Below are positions 26,631-36,262 of a DNA stretch of 64,000 nucleotides, in pieces. The notes below the pieces were generated by a model, which made no database searches, was not told the origin of the DNA, and saw only the letters and a list, made by a program, of their open reading frames with translations. The position numbers were made by a program, and so were the translations under genes. Source of the DNA: Deferrisomatales bacterium (GTDB taxonomy: Bacteria > Desulfobacterota > Deferrisomatia > Deferrisomatales > JARGFW01); contig JARGFW010000004.1 in assembly GCA_029211085.1 (NCBI GenBank), forward strand, positions 971 to 64,970. The letters run 5' to 3'. Numbering within the stretch: position 1 is the stretch's first letter; each line of letters opens with the position of its first letter.

Positions 26631-28968
26631 CGGACTCCGTTACGTGGGAAGACCCGTTCCGCGGGTGGACGGCGTGGAGAAGGTGACGGGCAGGGCCCGG
26701 TACACGGTGGACATCGAGCTCCCCGGTACCCTGGTCGGGCGCATCCTCCGCAGTCCCCACCCCCACGCCCGCATCCTGAGCGTGGATACCTCCCGTGCCG
26801 CCAGGGTCCCCGGGGTCAAGGCGGTGGTGACCGCCCGGGACACCCTCGGGCTCCGGCACGGCTTCGTGGAGACGCCGCGCTACCCGGCGGATCAGGCCCC
26901 CCTGGCCGTGGACGCGGTGCGTCACGTGGGTGAGGAGATCGCCGCGGTGGCCGCGGTGGACCCCTACGCCGCCGAAGAGGCCCTGGGGCTCATCCGGGTC
27001 GAGTACGCTCCCCTCCCCGCGGTGTTCGACCCCGAGGAGGCGATGGGCCCCGATGCCCCGGAGATCCACCCGAGCCACCCCAAGGTCCTGGAACCCTACC
27101 GGAACATCGCCGGGAAGACCGCGACGAGCTGGGGCGACGTGGCGCGCGGGTTGGACGAGGCCTACTGCGTGCGCACGGATCGCTTCGAGAGTCACCTGCG
27201 CACCCACGGCTACCTGGAACCCCAGGCGACGCTGGCCAGCTGGGAGGGCGGCAAGCTCAACGTCTGGACCTCCAGCATGGGGCCGTTTCTCAAACGCGCC
27301 AAGCTCGCCCGCCTGCTCGGCCTGCCCCTGTCCTCGGTCCGTGTCCAGAAGGCCTACGTCGGCGGGGCCTTCGGGGGGAAGATCGACCTCTTCTCCCACG
27401 AGTTCTGCGCCGGCCTGCTCAGCATGAAGGCCGGCCGGCCGGTGCGCATGGTGGCGAGCCGCGAAGAGGTGTTCACGGCGTACCGGCATGGGCAACCCCT
27501 GGTGGTGGAGCTGACCACCGGGGTGAAGAAGGACGGCACCCTCCTGGCCCAGCGGCTCCGGGTCATCAACAACTGCGGGGCGTACCGGGGCAGCGGGGTG
27601 GTGGTGATCTTCCTGGCCTGGGGGTTCGCCGCCGTACCCTACCGCCTCCCGAGCCTCGAGTACGAAGGCTACGCCGTCTACACCAACAACCCGGTCCGGG
27701 CTCCCCAGCGGGGGCACGGCGCTCCCCAGATGCGGTTCGCCGTCGAATCCCAGCTGGACATGATCGCCGAGGAGATCGGGCTAGACCCGGTGGAGATCCG
27801 CCTGCGGAACGCCCGCCTGCCCGGGGAGGTGCTTCCCAACGGTGACAATGTCCACAACTGCGGCCTGATGGACTGCATCCGGCAGTCCGCGGAGCGGACC
27901 CGATTCCAGGAGCGGTACGGCAGGCCGCAGCAGAAGGCCGTTGGTTCCGGTCGATTCCGCCGGGGCATCGGCATCGGAGTGAGCGCCTACTTCGGGGGGT
28001 CGCTGATCTATCCCAACAGCTCGTCGGTGGTGGTGAAGCTCAACGACGACGGGTCCCTGACCCTGCTCACCGGGGCCATCGACATCGGCCAGGGGGCGGA
28101 GACGATCCTCACCCAGATCGTCGCCGAAGAACTCAACGTGCCCCTGGCGGAGATCCGGGTGGTCGCCGCGGACACCGAGAGCACTCCGGTGGACATCGGC
28201 GCCTGGATCAGCGGGGGGGCCTACGTGACCGGCAACGCCGCCCGGGAAGCCGCCGGAGCCGTGCGGCGCAAACTCACCGAGCTCGCATCGGAAGCCATGG
28301 AGGTCGGCGTCGAAGACCTGGTGGTGCAGGAAAAGGCGATCTCGGTGGCCGGCTCCCCCACCCGCCGCATGACCTACGCCGAGCTCTACGAGCGCAGCGT
28401 GCGGACCCGCCGGGGGGATCCGATCATCGGGGAAGGGCACTGGCGCACCATGCGAGACCAGCCGACCCACCCGAGCCTCGCATCCACCAAGGGCCGCTGG
28501 ACCGAGAACTACGCCTTCAGCGCCCAGGTCGCGGAAGTGGAGGTGGACATCGAGACCGGGGAGGCCCGCCTGCTCCGGGCGGTGACCGCCCACGACTGCG
28601 GCTTTCCCCTCAACCCCGTCCTGGTGGAGGGCCAGATCGACGGCCAGGTTTCCATGGCCCTCGGCCATGCCTTCCTGGAGGAAGTGCGGATGGAGGCGGG
28701 CAGGACGCTGAACCCCAGCTGGCTCGAGTACCGCATGCCCACGATCCACGATATGGCCGTGTCAGAGGCCATCGACGTGATCACCGAACGCTACGAGGTC
28801 GGGCGGCCGTACCGGACGAAGGAGGTGGGGGAGGGCTACGTGTCGGCCATTCTCGCCGCGATCGCCAACGCCATCTACGACGCCGTGGGGGTCCGCCTCC
28901 ACAGCACCCCCTTCACCCCGGAGCGGATTCTGAGGGAGCTGCGGGACCGGGACGGGGCGCAGCCGTAG
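26623..28968 (+). CDS. molybdopterin-binding large subunit (xanthine dehydrogenase / aldehyde oxidase / 4-hydroxybenzoyl-CoA reductase alpha family)
   Basis: 781 aa with VGRPVPRVDGVEKVTGRARYTVD, and GGFGGK-like GGAFGGK. ATG 26623 overlaps the upstream stop by 8 nt. Confidence 0.9.
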   Translation: MADGLRYVGRPVPRVDGVEKVTGRARYTVDIELPGTLVGRILRSPHPHARILSVDTSRAARVPGVKAVVTARDTLGLRHGFVETPRYPADQAPLAVDAVRHVGEEIAAVAAVDPYAAEEALGLIRVEYAPLPAVFDPEEAMGPDAPEIHPSHPKVLEPYRNIAGKTATSWGDVARGLDEAYCVRTDRFESHLRTHGYLEPQATLASWEGGKLNVWTSSMGPFLKRAKLARLLGLPLSSVRVQKAYVGGAFGGKIDLFSHEFCAGLLSMKAGRPVRMVASREEVFTAYRHGQPLVVELTTGVKKDGTLLAQRLRVINNCGAYRGSGVVVIFLAWGFAAVPYRLPSLEYEGYAVYTNNPVRAPQRGHGAPQMRFAVESQLDMIAEEIGLDPVEIRLRNARLPGEVLPNGDNVHNCGLMDCIRQSAERTRFQERYGRPQQKAVGSGRFRRGIGIGVSAYFGGSLIYPNSSSVVVKLNDDGSLTLLTGAIDIGQGAETILTQIVAEELNVPLAEIRVVAADTESTPVDIGAWISGGAYVTGNAAREAAGAVRRKLTELASEAMEVGVEDLVVQEKAISVAGSPTRRMTYAELYERSVRTRRGDPIIGEGHWRTMRDQPTHPSLASTKGRWTENYAFSAQVAEVEVDIETGEARLLRAVTAHDCGFPLNPVLVEGQIDGQVSMALGHAFLEEVRMEAGRTLNPSWLEYRMPTIHDMAVSEAIDVITERYEVGRPYRTKEVGEGYVSAILAAIANAIYDAVGVRLHSTPFTPERILRELRDRDGAQP

Positions 28969-29030
28969 CATAGGAACGGCCGGGAATACCCCTCCCAGGT
29001 GCGGGGGCCGGCCCTGCCGGAGAGCGCAGA

Positions 29031-30350
29031 ATGGAGAATGTACGGTACTGGCGGAGAGAGGTCGAGACCCTTCCCCGGGCCGAGTTGGAGGATCTCCAGC
29101 TCCGACGGTTCCGGGAACGGATGCAATATGTGTACGACCGGAGCCCCCTGTACCGGAGGAAGTTCGACGCCGCGGGGATTCGCCCCGACCACATCCGCAC
29201 CCTGGCCGACGTGCGCCGGATCCCCTTCACCGAGAAAGAGGAACTGCGGGAGAGCCAGGCCCGGAAGCCGCCGTGGGGAGATTTCCTGTGCATCCCCCCC
29301 GAGGAAGGCGTCCGGGTGTTCCAGACCACGGGGACCACCGGTATCCCGGTGCGGGCGCTCCTCAACAAGACCGATTGGACCGTGCACTTCTACGAGCAGT
29401 TCATGCACTTCATGCACGGCTACGGCATCACCCCCGCCGACGTCCTTTTCGTACCCTTCAGCTACGGCCTCTACATCGCCTGGTGGGGTTTCCAGGCCGC
29501 CCTGGAACAGGCCGGAGTGACGATCGTGCCGGGGGGCGGCCAGTCGACCGAGGACCGGGTCCGCAACCTCCTCGACTGGGGCGCGACCGCCGTGTGCGGA
29601 ACCCCCACCTACCTGCTGCGCCTGGGAGAGGTGGCGGGGAACCTCGGCCTCGACCTCCCGGGGTCTCCCGTGCGGGTCGTCGTGGCGGCCGGGGAGCCCG
29701 GGGCGAATGTGCCCGCGACCAAACGGGCTCTCCAGGAACTCTGGGGCGCGGAGGTGTTCGACGACATCGGCTCCACGGAGATCTCGAACTTCGGGTTCGA
29801 GTGTGTTGCCCACCAGGGCACCCACGTGATCGAGAGCATGTTTCTCGCCGAGTGCCTGGATCCGGAGACCCTGGAACCGGTAGCGCCGGGGCAGGTCGGC
29901 GAACTGGTCCTCTCGAACCTCTGCACCGAGAGCATGCCCCTGCTCCGCTACCGCATGAAAGACCTGGTCCGGTTCCAAACCGAACCCTGCGCTTGCGGGC
30001 GCACCTATCTTCGGCTGGAAGGGGGCGTGTTGGGCCGATCCGACGATATGTTCCAGTTCGCCGGGGTCAATATCTTCCCCTCGGCGGTGGAGAACCTGGT
30101 GCGGGAGGTGCCCGAGTTCGGGAGCGAGTACCAGCTGGTGGTCCCGAAGATGGGAAGCGGCCGGCGACTCACCGTCCGGGTCGAGCCGACGGGCCCTGAT
30201 CTCTCCGTGGAGGTTCTGGAACGGGCCGTGGAGCGCTTCCGGGAGACCTTCCGGTACCGGATCACGGTTACCCCCGAGGTCGAGGTGCGAGCGCTCGGGG
30301 AGTTGCCGAGGTTCGAGCACAAGGCCCGCCGCCTGGTGAGGGAGAACTGA
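29031..30350 (+). CDS. phenylacetate--CoA ligase family protein (PaaK-like)
   Basis: 439 aa with LYRRKFDAAGIRPDHIRTLADVRRIPFTEKEELRESQ and TTGTTGIPV motifs. Confidence 0.85.
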   Translation: MENVRYWRREVETLPRAELEDLQLRRFRERMQYVYDRSPLYRRKFDAAGIRPDHIRTLADVRRIPFTEKEELRESQARKPPWGDFLCIPPEEGVRVFQTTGTTGIPVRALLNKTDWTVHFYEQFMHFMHGYGITPADVLFVPFSYGLYIAWWGFQAALEQAGVTIVPGGGQSTEDRVRNLLDWGATAVCGTPTYLLRLGEVAGNLGLDLPGSPVRVVVAAGEPGANVPATKRALQELWGAEVFDDIGSTEISNFGFECVAHQGTHVIESMFLAECLDPETLEPVAPGQVGELVLSNLCTESMPLLRYRMKDLVRFQTEPCACGRTYLRLEGGVLGRSDDMFQFAGVNIFPSAVENLVREVPEFGSEYQLVVPKMGSGRRLTVRVEPTGPDLSVEVLERAVERFRETFRYRITVTPEVEVRALGELPRFEHKARRLVREN

Positions 30351-30396
30351 CCGCCCCCGGGCGCCCCTCCGCCCCGACGCCCTGGGGACGGTGCCC

Positions 30397-31248
30397 ATGA
30401 ACTTCTGGGCCATCCAGATCCTCAACGGCGTCTCCCTGGGGATGCTCCTCTTCCTGATCGCGTCGGGGCTGTCTCTCATTTTCGGCCTGATGCGGATCGC
30501 GAACCTGGCCCATGGGTCGTTCTACCTCCTCGGGGGGTATGTGGGTCTGAGCGTCATGAACCGCACCGACAGCTTCGCCCTGGCCGCGCTCGCGTCCTGC
30601 GTGGCCGTGCCGCTCCTGGGCGTGGCCGTCGAGCGGGTGTTTCTGCGCCGGCTGCCGAACCAGGAACTGCCCCAGGTGCTGATGACGTTCGGGTTCATCT
30701 TCATCCTGGCGGACCTGTGCTTGGTGCTGTGGGGCGGGACTCCCCAGAGCCTCTCCAAACCGGCGTTGTTTTCCCGTTCCCTGCGGGTCGCGGGGATGTT
30801 CTTCCCCAGCTACCGGCTCTTCGTCATCGGTGCCGGCGTCGCGATCGCCGTCGGGCTGTGGCTGTTCCTCGAGAAGACCCGCGTCGGAGCCATGGTGAGG
30901 GCAGGGGTGGACGACCCGGAGATGGCCCGTGCCGTCGGGGTGAATGTGCCCCTGGTGTTCACCGGGGTGTTCGGCCTCGGTGTGCTCCTCGCCGCCCTGG
31001 CCGGGGTCCTGGGAGGGCCGATGCTCGGGGTCTTTCCCGGCCTGGACATGGAGGTCCTGCTGCTGGCGCTCGTGGTCGTCGTGATCGGCGGCATGGGCAG
31101 CCTGAAGGGGGCGTTCCTGGGCAGCCTTCTCGTGGGGCTCCTCGACAACTTCGGGCGTGCGCTGTTCCCGGAGTTTGCGTTCTTCACCATCTTCGTGCCC
31201 ATGGCCCTGGTGCTGGCCCTGCGACCCCAGGGGCTGTTCGGACGATGA
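30397..31248 (+). CDS. branched-chain amino acid ABC transporter permease (LivH type)
   Basis: MNFWAIQILNGVSLGMLLFLIASGLSLIFGLMRIANLAHGSFY is a typical LivH sequence. Confidence 0.9.
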   Translation: MNFWAIQILNGVSLGMLLFLIASGLSLIFGLMRIANLAHGSFYLLGGYVGLSVMNRTDSFALAALASCVAVPLLGVAVERVFLRRLPNQELPQVLMTFGFIFILADLCLVLWGGTPQSLSKPALFSRSLRVAGMFFPSYRLFVIGAGVAIAVGLWLFLEKTRVGAMVRAGVDDPEMARAVGVNVPLVFTGVFGLGVLLAALAGVLGGPMLGVFPGLDMEVLLLALVVVVIGGMGSLKGAFLGSLLVGLLDNFGRALFPEFAFFTIFVPMALVLALRPQGLFGR

Positions 31249-32189
31249 GACAGACGCGGTTCGCCCTCACCGTTCTGCTCGCCCTGGTCGCCCTGTGCGC
31301 GGTGACGGGGCCGTTGCTCTCCACCTATTACGTCGGCCTCCTGTGCCAGGCCCTGATCTTCGCCCTGTTCGCGATGAGCCTGGACATCCTGGTGGGTTAT
31401 GTGGGCCTCCCGTCCCTGGGGCACGCCGCGTTTTTCGGGGTGGGGGCCTACGCGGCGGGGCTGTTGACCCTGCACTTCACCCACAGCTTCTGGTGGTGCG
31501 CCCTGGCCGGGGTGGGGGCGGCGCTGGCGGTGGGCGCCCTGTTCGGTCTGCTCACGGTGCGCACGGCGGGGTCGTCCTTCCTGATGATCACCCTGGCCCT
31601 GGCCCAGATCCTCTGGGGCGTGGCGTTCAAGTGGCGCAGCCTCACCGGGGGGGAGGATGGTCTGCCCGGCATCGTGCGGCCCGACCTGGGGTTTCCCTGG
31701 GACGTCACATCGATGCACAGCTACTTCTACCTGGTTCTCGTCTTCTTCACCCTGTGCGGTGTCGGCATGGCCCTGTTCGTCCGCTCTCCGTTCGGGCTCG
31801 CCCTCCAGGGGGTCCGGGAAAGCGAGTCGCGGATGCAGGCCCTGGGGTACAACGTGTGGGCGTACAAGTACCTGGGGTACCTGTTCGCGAGCGCCGTGGC
31901 GGGGTTCGCCGGGGTGCTGTACGTGTACTACAACCGCTTCGTGAGCCCGAACGACCTCGGGATCGCCCTGTCGGCGAAGGGGCTCCTGATGGTGATTCTG
32001 GGCGGCACGGGGACCCTGATCGGGCCCGTCCTGGGGGCGGGGGTCATCGTGGTACTGGAGCACGTGGTGAGTTCCTACACCCAGCGCTGGATGATGGCCA
32101 TCGGGGTCGTCTACGTGCTGGTGGTCCTGTTCTTCCCGAAGGGGGTGCTGGGAGCCCTGGGAGAGCGGGTCCGGAAGGGGGCCCGGTGA
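31245..32189 (+). CDS. branched-chain amino acid ABC transporter permease (LivM type)
   Basis: ATGA overlap with the upstream stop. Contains LDILVGYVGLPSLGHAAFFGVGAY. Confidence 0.9.
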   Translation: MRQTRFALTVLLALVALCAVTGPLLSTYYVGLLCQALIFALFAMSLDILVGYVGLPSLGHAAFFGVGAYAAGLLTLHFTHSFWWCALAGVGAALAVGALFGLLTVRTAGSSFLMITLALAQILWGVAFKWRSLTGGEDGLPGIVRPDLGFPWDVTSMHSYFYLVLVFFTLCGVGMALFVRSPFGLALQGVRESESRMQALGYNVWAYKYLGYLFASAVAGFAGVLYVYYNRFVSPNDLGIALSAKGLLMVILGGTGTLIGPVLGAGVIVVLEHVVSSYTQRWMMAIGVVYVLVVLFFPKGVLGALGERVRKGAR

Positions 32190-32944
32190 AGCCGCTGGTG
32201 GTGGAGGGCCTCAGCAAGAGCTTCGGCGGGCTGCAGACCCTGTGCGGGGTGTCTCTCACCCTGGAGGCAGGGGAACGCCGGGTGATCCTGGGCCCGAACG
32301 GCGCGGGCAAGACCACGCTGTTCCACACCATCAGCGGGGTCCACGCGCCCACCGCGGGATCGGTCCAGCTGTTTGGGACCGAGGTGAGCCGACTGCCCCC
32401 CCACCGCCGGGCCCGGCTCGGTCTGGGGCGGACGTTCCAGATCACGAACCTGTTCCCGGAACTCACCGTCGCCGAGACCCTCTTCCTCGGGGCGCAGGCG
32501 GGTCGGGCTGAGCGGCTGGTGTTCTATCGCCCGGCCAGCCGGAGCCGCGAGGCGATGCTGCGGGTGGAGGAGACCATCGAGCAGTGGGAGCTGGGGGAGG
32601 TCCGGGACCTTCGGGTGAAGCACCTCTCCTACGGCCAGCAGCGGCAGCTGGAGGTCATCCTGGCCATGACCGGAAGGCCGCGGCTTCTCCTCTTGGATGA
32701 ACCCACCGCCGGGCTCTCCCCGGCGGAGACATTCGCCATGACCCGGTTCCTCCAGGGGCTCGATCGGGGCATCACGATCCTCCTCATCGAGCACGACATG
32801 GACGTGGCGTTCGATGTCGCCGACCGCATCTCCGTCCTCTACTTCGGGGAGATCCTCACCGAGGGGACCCCCGAGGAGGTGCAGGCGGACTCCCGGGTGC
32901 TGGAGATCTACCTGGGCGAGTCCACCTGGAAGGGGGTTTCGTAG
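32186..32944 (+). CDS. ABC transporter ATP-binding protein (LivG type)
   Basis: GTGA overlap with the upstream stop. Walker A GPNGAGKTT, signature LSYGQQRQLE, Walker B LLLLDEP. Confidence 0.9.
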   Translation: MKPLVVEGLSKSFGGLQTLCGVSLTLEAGERRVILGPNGAGKTTLFHTISGVHAPTAGSVQLFGTEVSRLPPHRRARLGLGRTFQITNLFPELTVAETLFLGAQAGRAERLVFYRPASRSREAMLRVEETIEQWELGEVRDLRVKHLSYGQQRQLEVILAMTGRPRLLLLDEPTAGLSPAETFAMTRFLQGLDRGITILLIEHDMDVAFDVADRISVLYFGEILTEGTPEEVQADSRVLEIYLGESTWKGVS

Positions 32945-32946
32945 CC

Positions 32947-33651
32947 GTGCTGGACGTTCGGGACATCCACACTTACTACGGGAACAGCTACATTCTGCAA
33001 GGGGTCTCCCTGACCCTGGAACCGAACCGGGTGACGGGCCTGCTCGGGCGCAACGGGGTGGGGAAGTCCACCCTGGTGCGCTCGATCCTCGGGCTCACCC
33101 CGGCCCGCCGGGGCGAGGTGGAGATGGACGGGGAGGCGTTGACCCGCCTGCCGACCCACGGCATCGTCCAGCGCGGGGTGGGCTGGGTGCCCCAGGAGCG
33201 GCGGATCTTCCCGAGCCTGACCGTGGAGGAAAATTTGCGGATAAACGGGCGGAGTTCCAGTGCCAACGGGGCGTGCCGGTGGGACTTGGAGAAGATCTAC
33301 GCGCTCTTCCCCATTCTCGAGGAGCGGGCGGACAGCCGGGGGACCCTCCTCAGCGGAGGGGAACAGCAGATGCTGGCGGTGGCCCGGGCCCTGATGGGGA
33401 ACCCCCGCTACCTGCTCATGGACGAACCGAGCGAGGGCCTCGCGCCCCTGATCGTACGGGACCTGGGCAGGATCATCGACCGCCTGAAAGGGGAGGGGAT
33501 GGGCATCCTCCTGGTGGAGCAGAACCTCCACTTCGCCCTGGCGCACACGGACTCGGTGTATGTGATGAACAAGGGCCGGGTCGTGCGCCAGCTCTCGCCC
33601 GAGGAACTCCGGGAAGACCGGGAACTGCAGAAGACCTATCTGGGTGTGTAG
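32947..33651 (+). CDS. ABC transporter ATP-binding protein (LivF type)
   Basis: Walker A GRNGVGKST, signature LSGGEQQML, Walker B YLLMDEPSEGL. Confidence 0.9.
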   Translation: MLDVRDIHTYYGNSYILQGVSLTLEPNRVTGLLGRNGVGKSTLVRSILGLTPARRGEVEMDGEALTRLPTHGIVQRGVGWVPQERRIFPSLTVEENLRINGRSSSANGACRWDLEKIYALFPILEERADSRGTLLSGGEQQMLAVARALMGNPRYLLMDEPSEGLAPLIVRDLGRIIDRLKGEGMGILLVEQNLHFALAHTDSVYVMNKGRVVRQLSPEELREDRELQKTYLGV

Positions 33652-33971
33652 CCGGGATCACCCCGCAACGGTTCTGCTGACGCAGTGCCTTTCACGCCGT
33701 GCCGTGCCCGCTTTCGGGGTCTCCCCGATCCGTGGGGTGGTCTTCATGGCACCCGACCCACCGGGGGCACCTGGGCGGGCCGGCTGCCGATCCTCTCGGA
33801 CGAGCTGCCGCCGTTTCTCGGATGCCGCCTCCTGCGCTGTGCGGCACGCGCGGCTCCCTGGGCAGCGTTTCGCTGAAGCGTTATCATCGAGGGCGTCGTG
33901 CCGGCCGTATGGTTCGGTCCGGTTTTCCGCGAAGGTGAACTCCGCCCCCGGGGCGGGCCATGGAGGACTCC

Positions 33972-35192
33972 ATGAAGGCTACCGAGATCAAGAAGGATAT
34001 CTACTGGGTGGGCGCCATCGACTGGGCGGTCCGTGACTTCCACGGCTACGTGACGCCTCGGGGTACCACCTACAACAACTACCTGCTGTGCGACACCGAG
34101 ATCACCCTGGTGGACACGGTGAAGCACGACTTCGCGGAGTTGACCATCAAGAACATCCAGAGCCTCGTGGACCCGGCGAAGATCCGCCACATCGTCATCA
34201 ACCACATCGAAGACGACCACGTCACCAGCCTGGACAAGATTCTCGCGTTGGCCCCCGACGCCACGATCTACATTACCGCCAAGGGCAAGCGCGGCCTCGA
34301 CCGCTTCTACGACACCTCCCGGTGGAACATCACTCTGGTGAAGACGGGTGACACCCTCAAGACGGGCCGCTTCACCCTGACCTTCATCGAGACGCCGATG
34401 CTCCACTGGCCCGACTCGATGATGACCTATGTAGCGGAGGAGAAACTGCTGTTCAGCCAGGATGGATTCGGCCAGCACCTGGCGTCGGCGGGCCGCTTTG
34501 ACGACGAGTTCGTGGCCACCGCGTCTTCGGCCGCGTTGGACGACGCAGTGCTGGAGTACTACGCCAACATCCTGATGCCGTTCGGGGTGATGGTGAACAA
34601 GAAGCTGGACGAGATCGGCGCGCTGGGTCTGGAGATCGACATGATTGCCCCAGACCACGGGGTGATCTGGCGCGAGAACCCGGGCCGAGTGCTGGACCTG
34701 TACCGGGGCATGGCCTCGGGGCGGGCCCGGTGCAGCGTGTCGATCATCTACGACACCATGTGGCACAGCACCGAACAAATGGCCGTGCCCATCGCTTCGG
34801 GGATCCGCGACGAGGGACTCGGGGTGACGGTGGTGAAGCTGCGGGCCACCCCCATGAGCGTGGCGATCAAGGAGTTCTGGAAGTCCCGGGGCAGTTTGAT
34901 CGGTTCCCCCACCCTGAACAACATCCTCTACCCGTCGGTGGCCGAACTGCTCACCCACCTGCGGGGCCTGCGCCCCCGACACCGCATCTGCGGGGCGTTC
35001 GGCAGCTACGGCTGGGCCGGAGGGGCGGTGAAGGAGGCCTACGGGGAGTTTGAGCGGATGGGCCTGGAGGCGGTGGAGACGGGCCCCCAGTTGATGTACA
35101 AGCCGTCCCTGGAAGACGAAGAGACCTGTTACCAGTTCGGCCGCGAGTTCGCCCGCCGGGTGCGCGAGTACCACCGGCAGTTCGCGGAGTAG
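33972..35192 (+). CDS. FprA-family A-type flavoprotein (flavodiiron protein: metallo-beta-lactamase plus flavodoxin domains)
   Basis: Contains YNNYLL and the di-iron motif INHIEDDH, plus a C-terminal flavodoxin-like domain. GGAGGA lies before ATG 33972. Confidence 0.88.
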   Translation: MKATEIKKDIYWVGAIDWAVRDFHGYVTPRGTTYNNYLLCDTEITLVDTVKHDFAELTIKNIQSLVDPAKIRHIVINHIEDDHVTSLDKILALAPDATIYITAKGKRGLDRFYDTSRWNITLVKTGDTLKTGRFTLTFIETPMLHWPDSMMTYVAEEKLLFSQDGFGQHLASAGRFDDEFVATASSAALDDAVLEYYANILMPFGVMVNKKLDEIGALGLEIDMIAPDHGVIWRENPGRVLDLYRGMASGRARCSVSIIYDTMWHSTEQMAVPIASGIRDEGLGVTVVKLRATPMSVAIKEFWKSRGSLIGSPTLNNILYPSVAELLTHLRGLRPRHRICGAFGSYGWAGGAVKEAYGEFERMGLEAVETGPQLMYKPSLEDEETCYQFGREFARRVREYHRQFAE

Positions 35193-35288
35193 TCCCCCGG
35201 TCGCCCCTTGTGCTTCCCGGCGAGACGGGGCGTTTGCCGACTTGTGCTTTAGTGAAAATCAAGAATCTTTACTTTCGCTAAAAAGCAC

Positions 35289-35318
35289 TTGACGCGCAGC
35301 AGCCGCCGGCCCTAGTAT
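35289..35318 (+). promoter_or_regulatory. sigma70-like promoter upstream of the NfnA-like gene
   Basis: TTGACG (35289-35294), 18-nt spacer, TAGTAT (35313-35318). It is preceded by a conspicuously AT-rich stretch at 35241-35288. Confidence 0.45.
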
Positions 35319-35379
35319 CCGCGTTCACAATCGCCCCCGGTACACCCGGGAGACCCGAGTGAGGAGGAGGGTGCAACCG

Positions 35380-36213
35380 ATGTTTCCCATTCTACGACGC
35401 GAAGAGATGGCCGGTGGCACCGTGGTGCTCGACGAGATCGAGGCGCCGCGCATTGCCGCCAAGGCCCGGCCCGGACAGTTCCTGATCCTCAAGGCCAACG
35501 AGACCGGGGAGCGCATTCCGCTGACCATGGCGGACACCGATCCGGACAAGGGCACGGTGACCATCATCTACCAGGTGGTGGGCAAGTCCACGGCCCTGTT
35601 CGCCGGCCTCCAGGTGGGGGACGGCTTCCTGGATGTGATCGGGCCCCTGGGGCAGCCGACCCACCTCGAAAAGGTGGGCACGGTGGTGTGCGTGGGCGGC
35701 GGCACCGGCGTGGCGGTGCTCCACCCCATCACCCGGGGATTGAAACAGGCCGGCAACAAGGTGATCAGCATCATCGGCGCCCGCACCCAGGAACTGCTGA
35801 TCCTGGAAGACCAGATGGCTGCGGCCTCGGATGAACTGCACGTGTGCACCGACGACGGCTCCTACGGTCACCACGGGTTCGTCACCGAGGTGCTCAAACA
35901 GGTGCTGGAGCAGGAGGACGTGAAGTTGGCGGTGACCATCGGCCCGGTGCCGATGATGAAGTTCTGCTGCAAGCTCACCGAGCAGTATGGAGTGCACACC
36001 CTGGTGAGCCTCAACCCCATCATGATCGACGGCACCGGCATGTGCGGCGGGTGCCGGGTGCAGGTGGGGGGGGAGACCCGCTTTGCCTGCGTCGATGGTC
36101 CCGAGTTCGACGGCCACAAGGTGGACTTCGACGTGTTGATGAAGCGCCTGCAGGCGTATCGGCAGGATGAGCAGCAGAGCTACGCCGACCACCAGTGCCG
36201 GTTGCAGGGCTGA
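35380..36213 (+). CDS. NfnA/SudB-type ferredoxin-NADP+ reductase subunit alpha (FAD plus 2Fe-2S)
   Basis: Contains PGQFLILKANETGERIPLT and the C-terminal MCGGCRV...FACVDGPEF motif. GAGGAGGAGG lies before ATG 35380. Confidence 0.85.
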   Translation: MFPILRREEMAGGTVVLDEIEAPRIAAKARPGQFLILKANETGERIPLTMADTDPDKGTVTIIYQVVGKSTALFAGLQVGDGFLDVIGPLGQPTHLEKVGTVVCVGGGTGVAVLHPITRGLKQAGNKVISIIGARTQELLILEDQMAAASDELHVCTDDGSYGHHGFVTEVLKQVLEQEDVKLAVTIGPVPMMKFCCKLTEQYGVHTLVSLNPIMIDGTGMCGGCRVQVGGETRFACVDGPEFDGHKVDFDVLMKRLQAYRQDEQQSYADHQCRLQG

Positions 36214-36262
36214 CGGTTCCAGCCCTGATTTGCGTATCTTGAGTTCAGTGTTGGAGGAGAGG

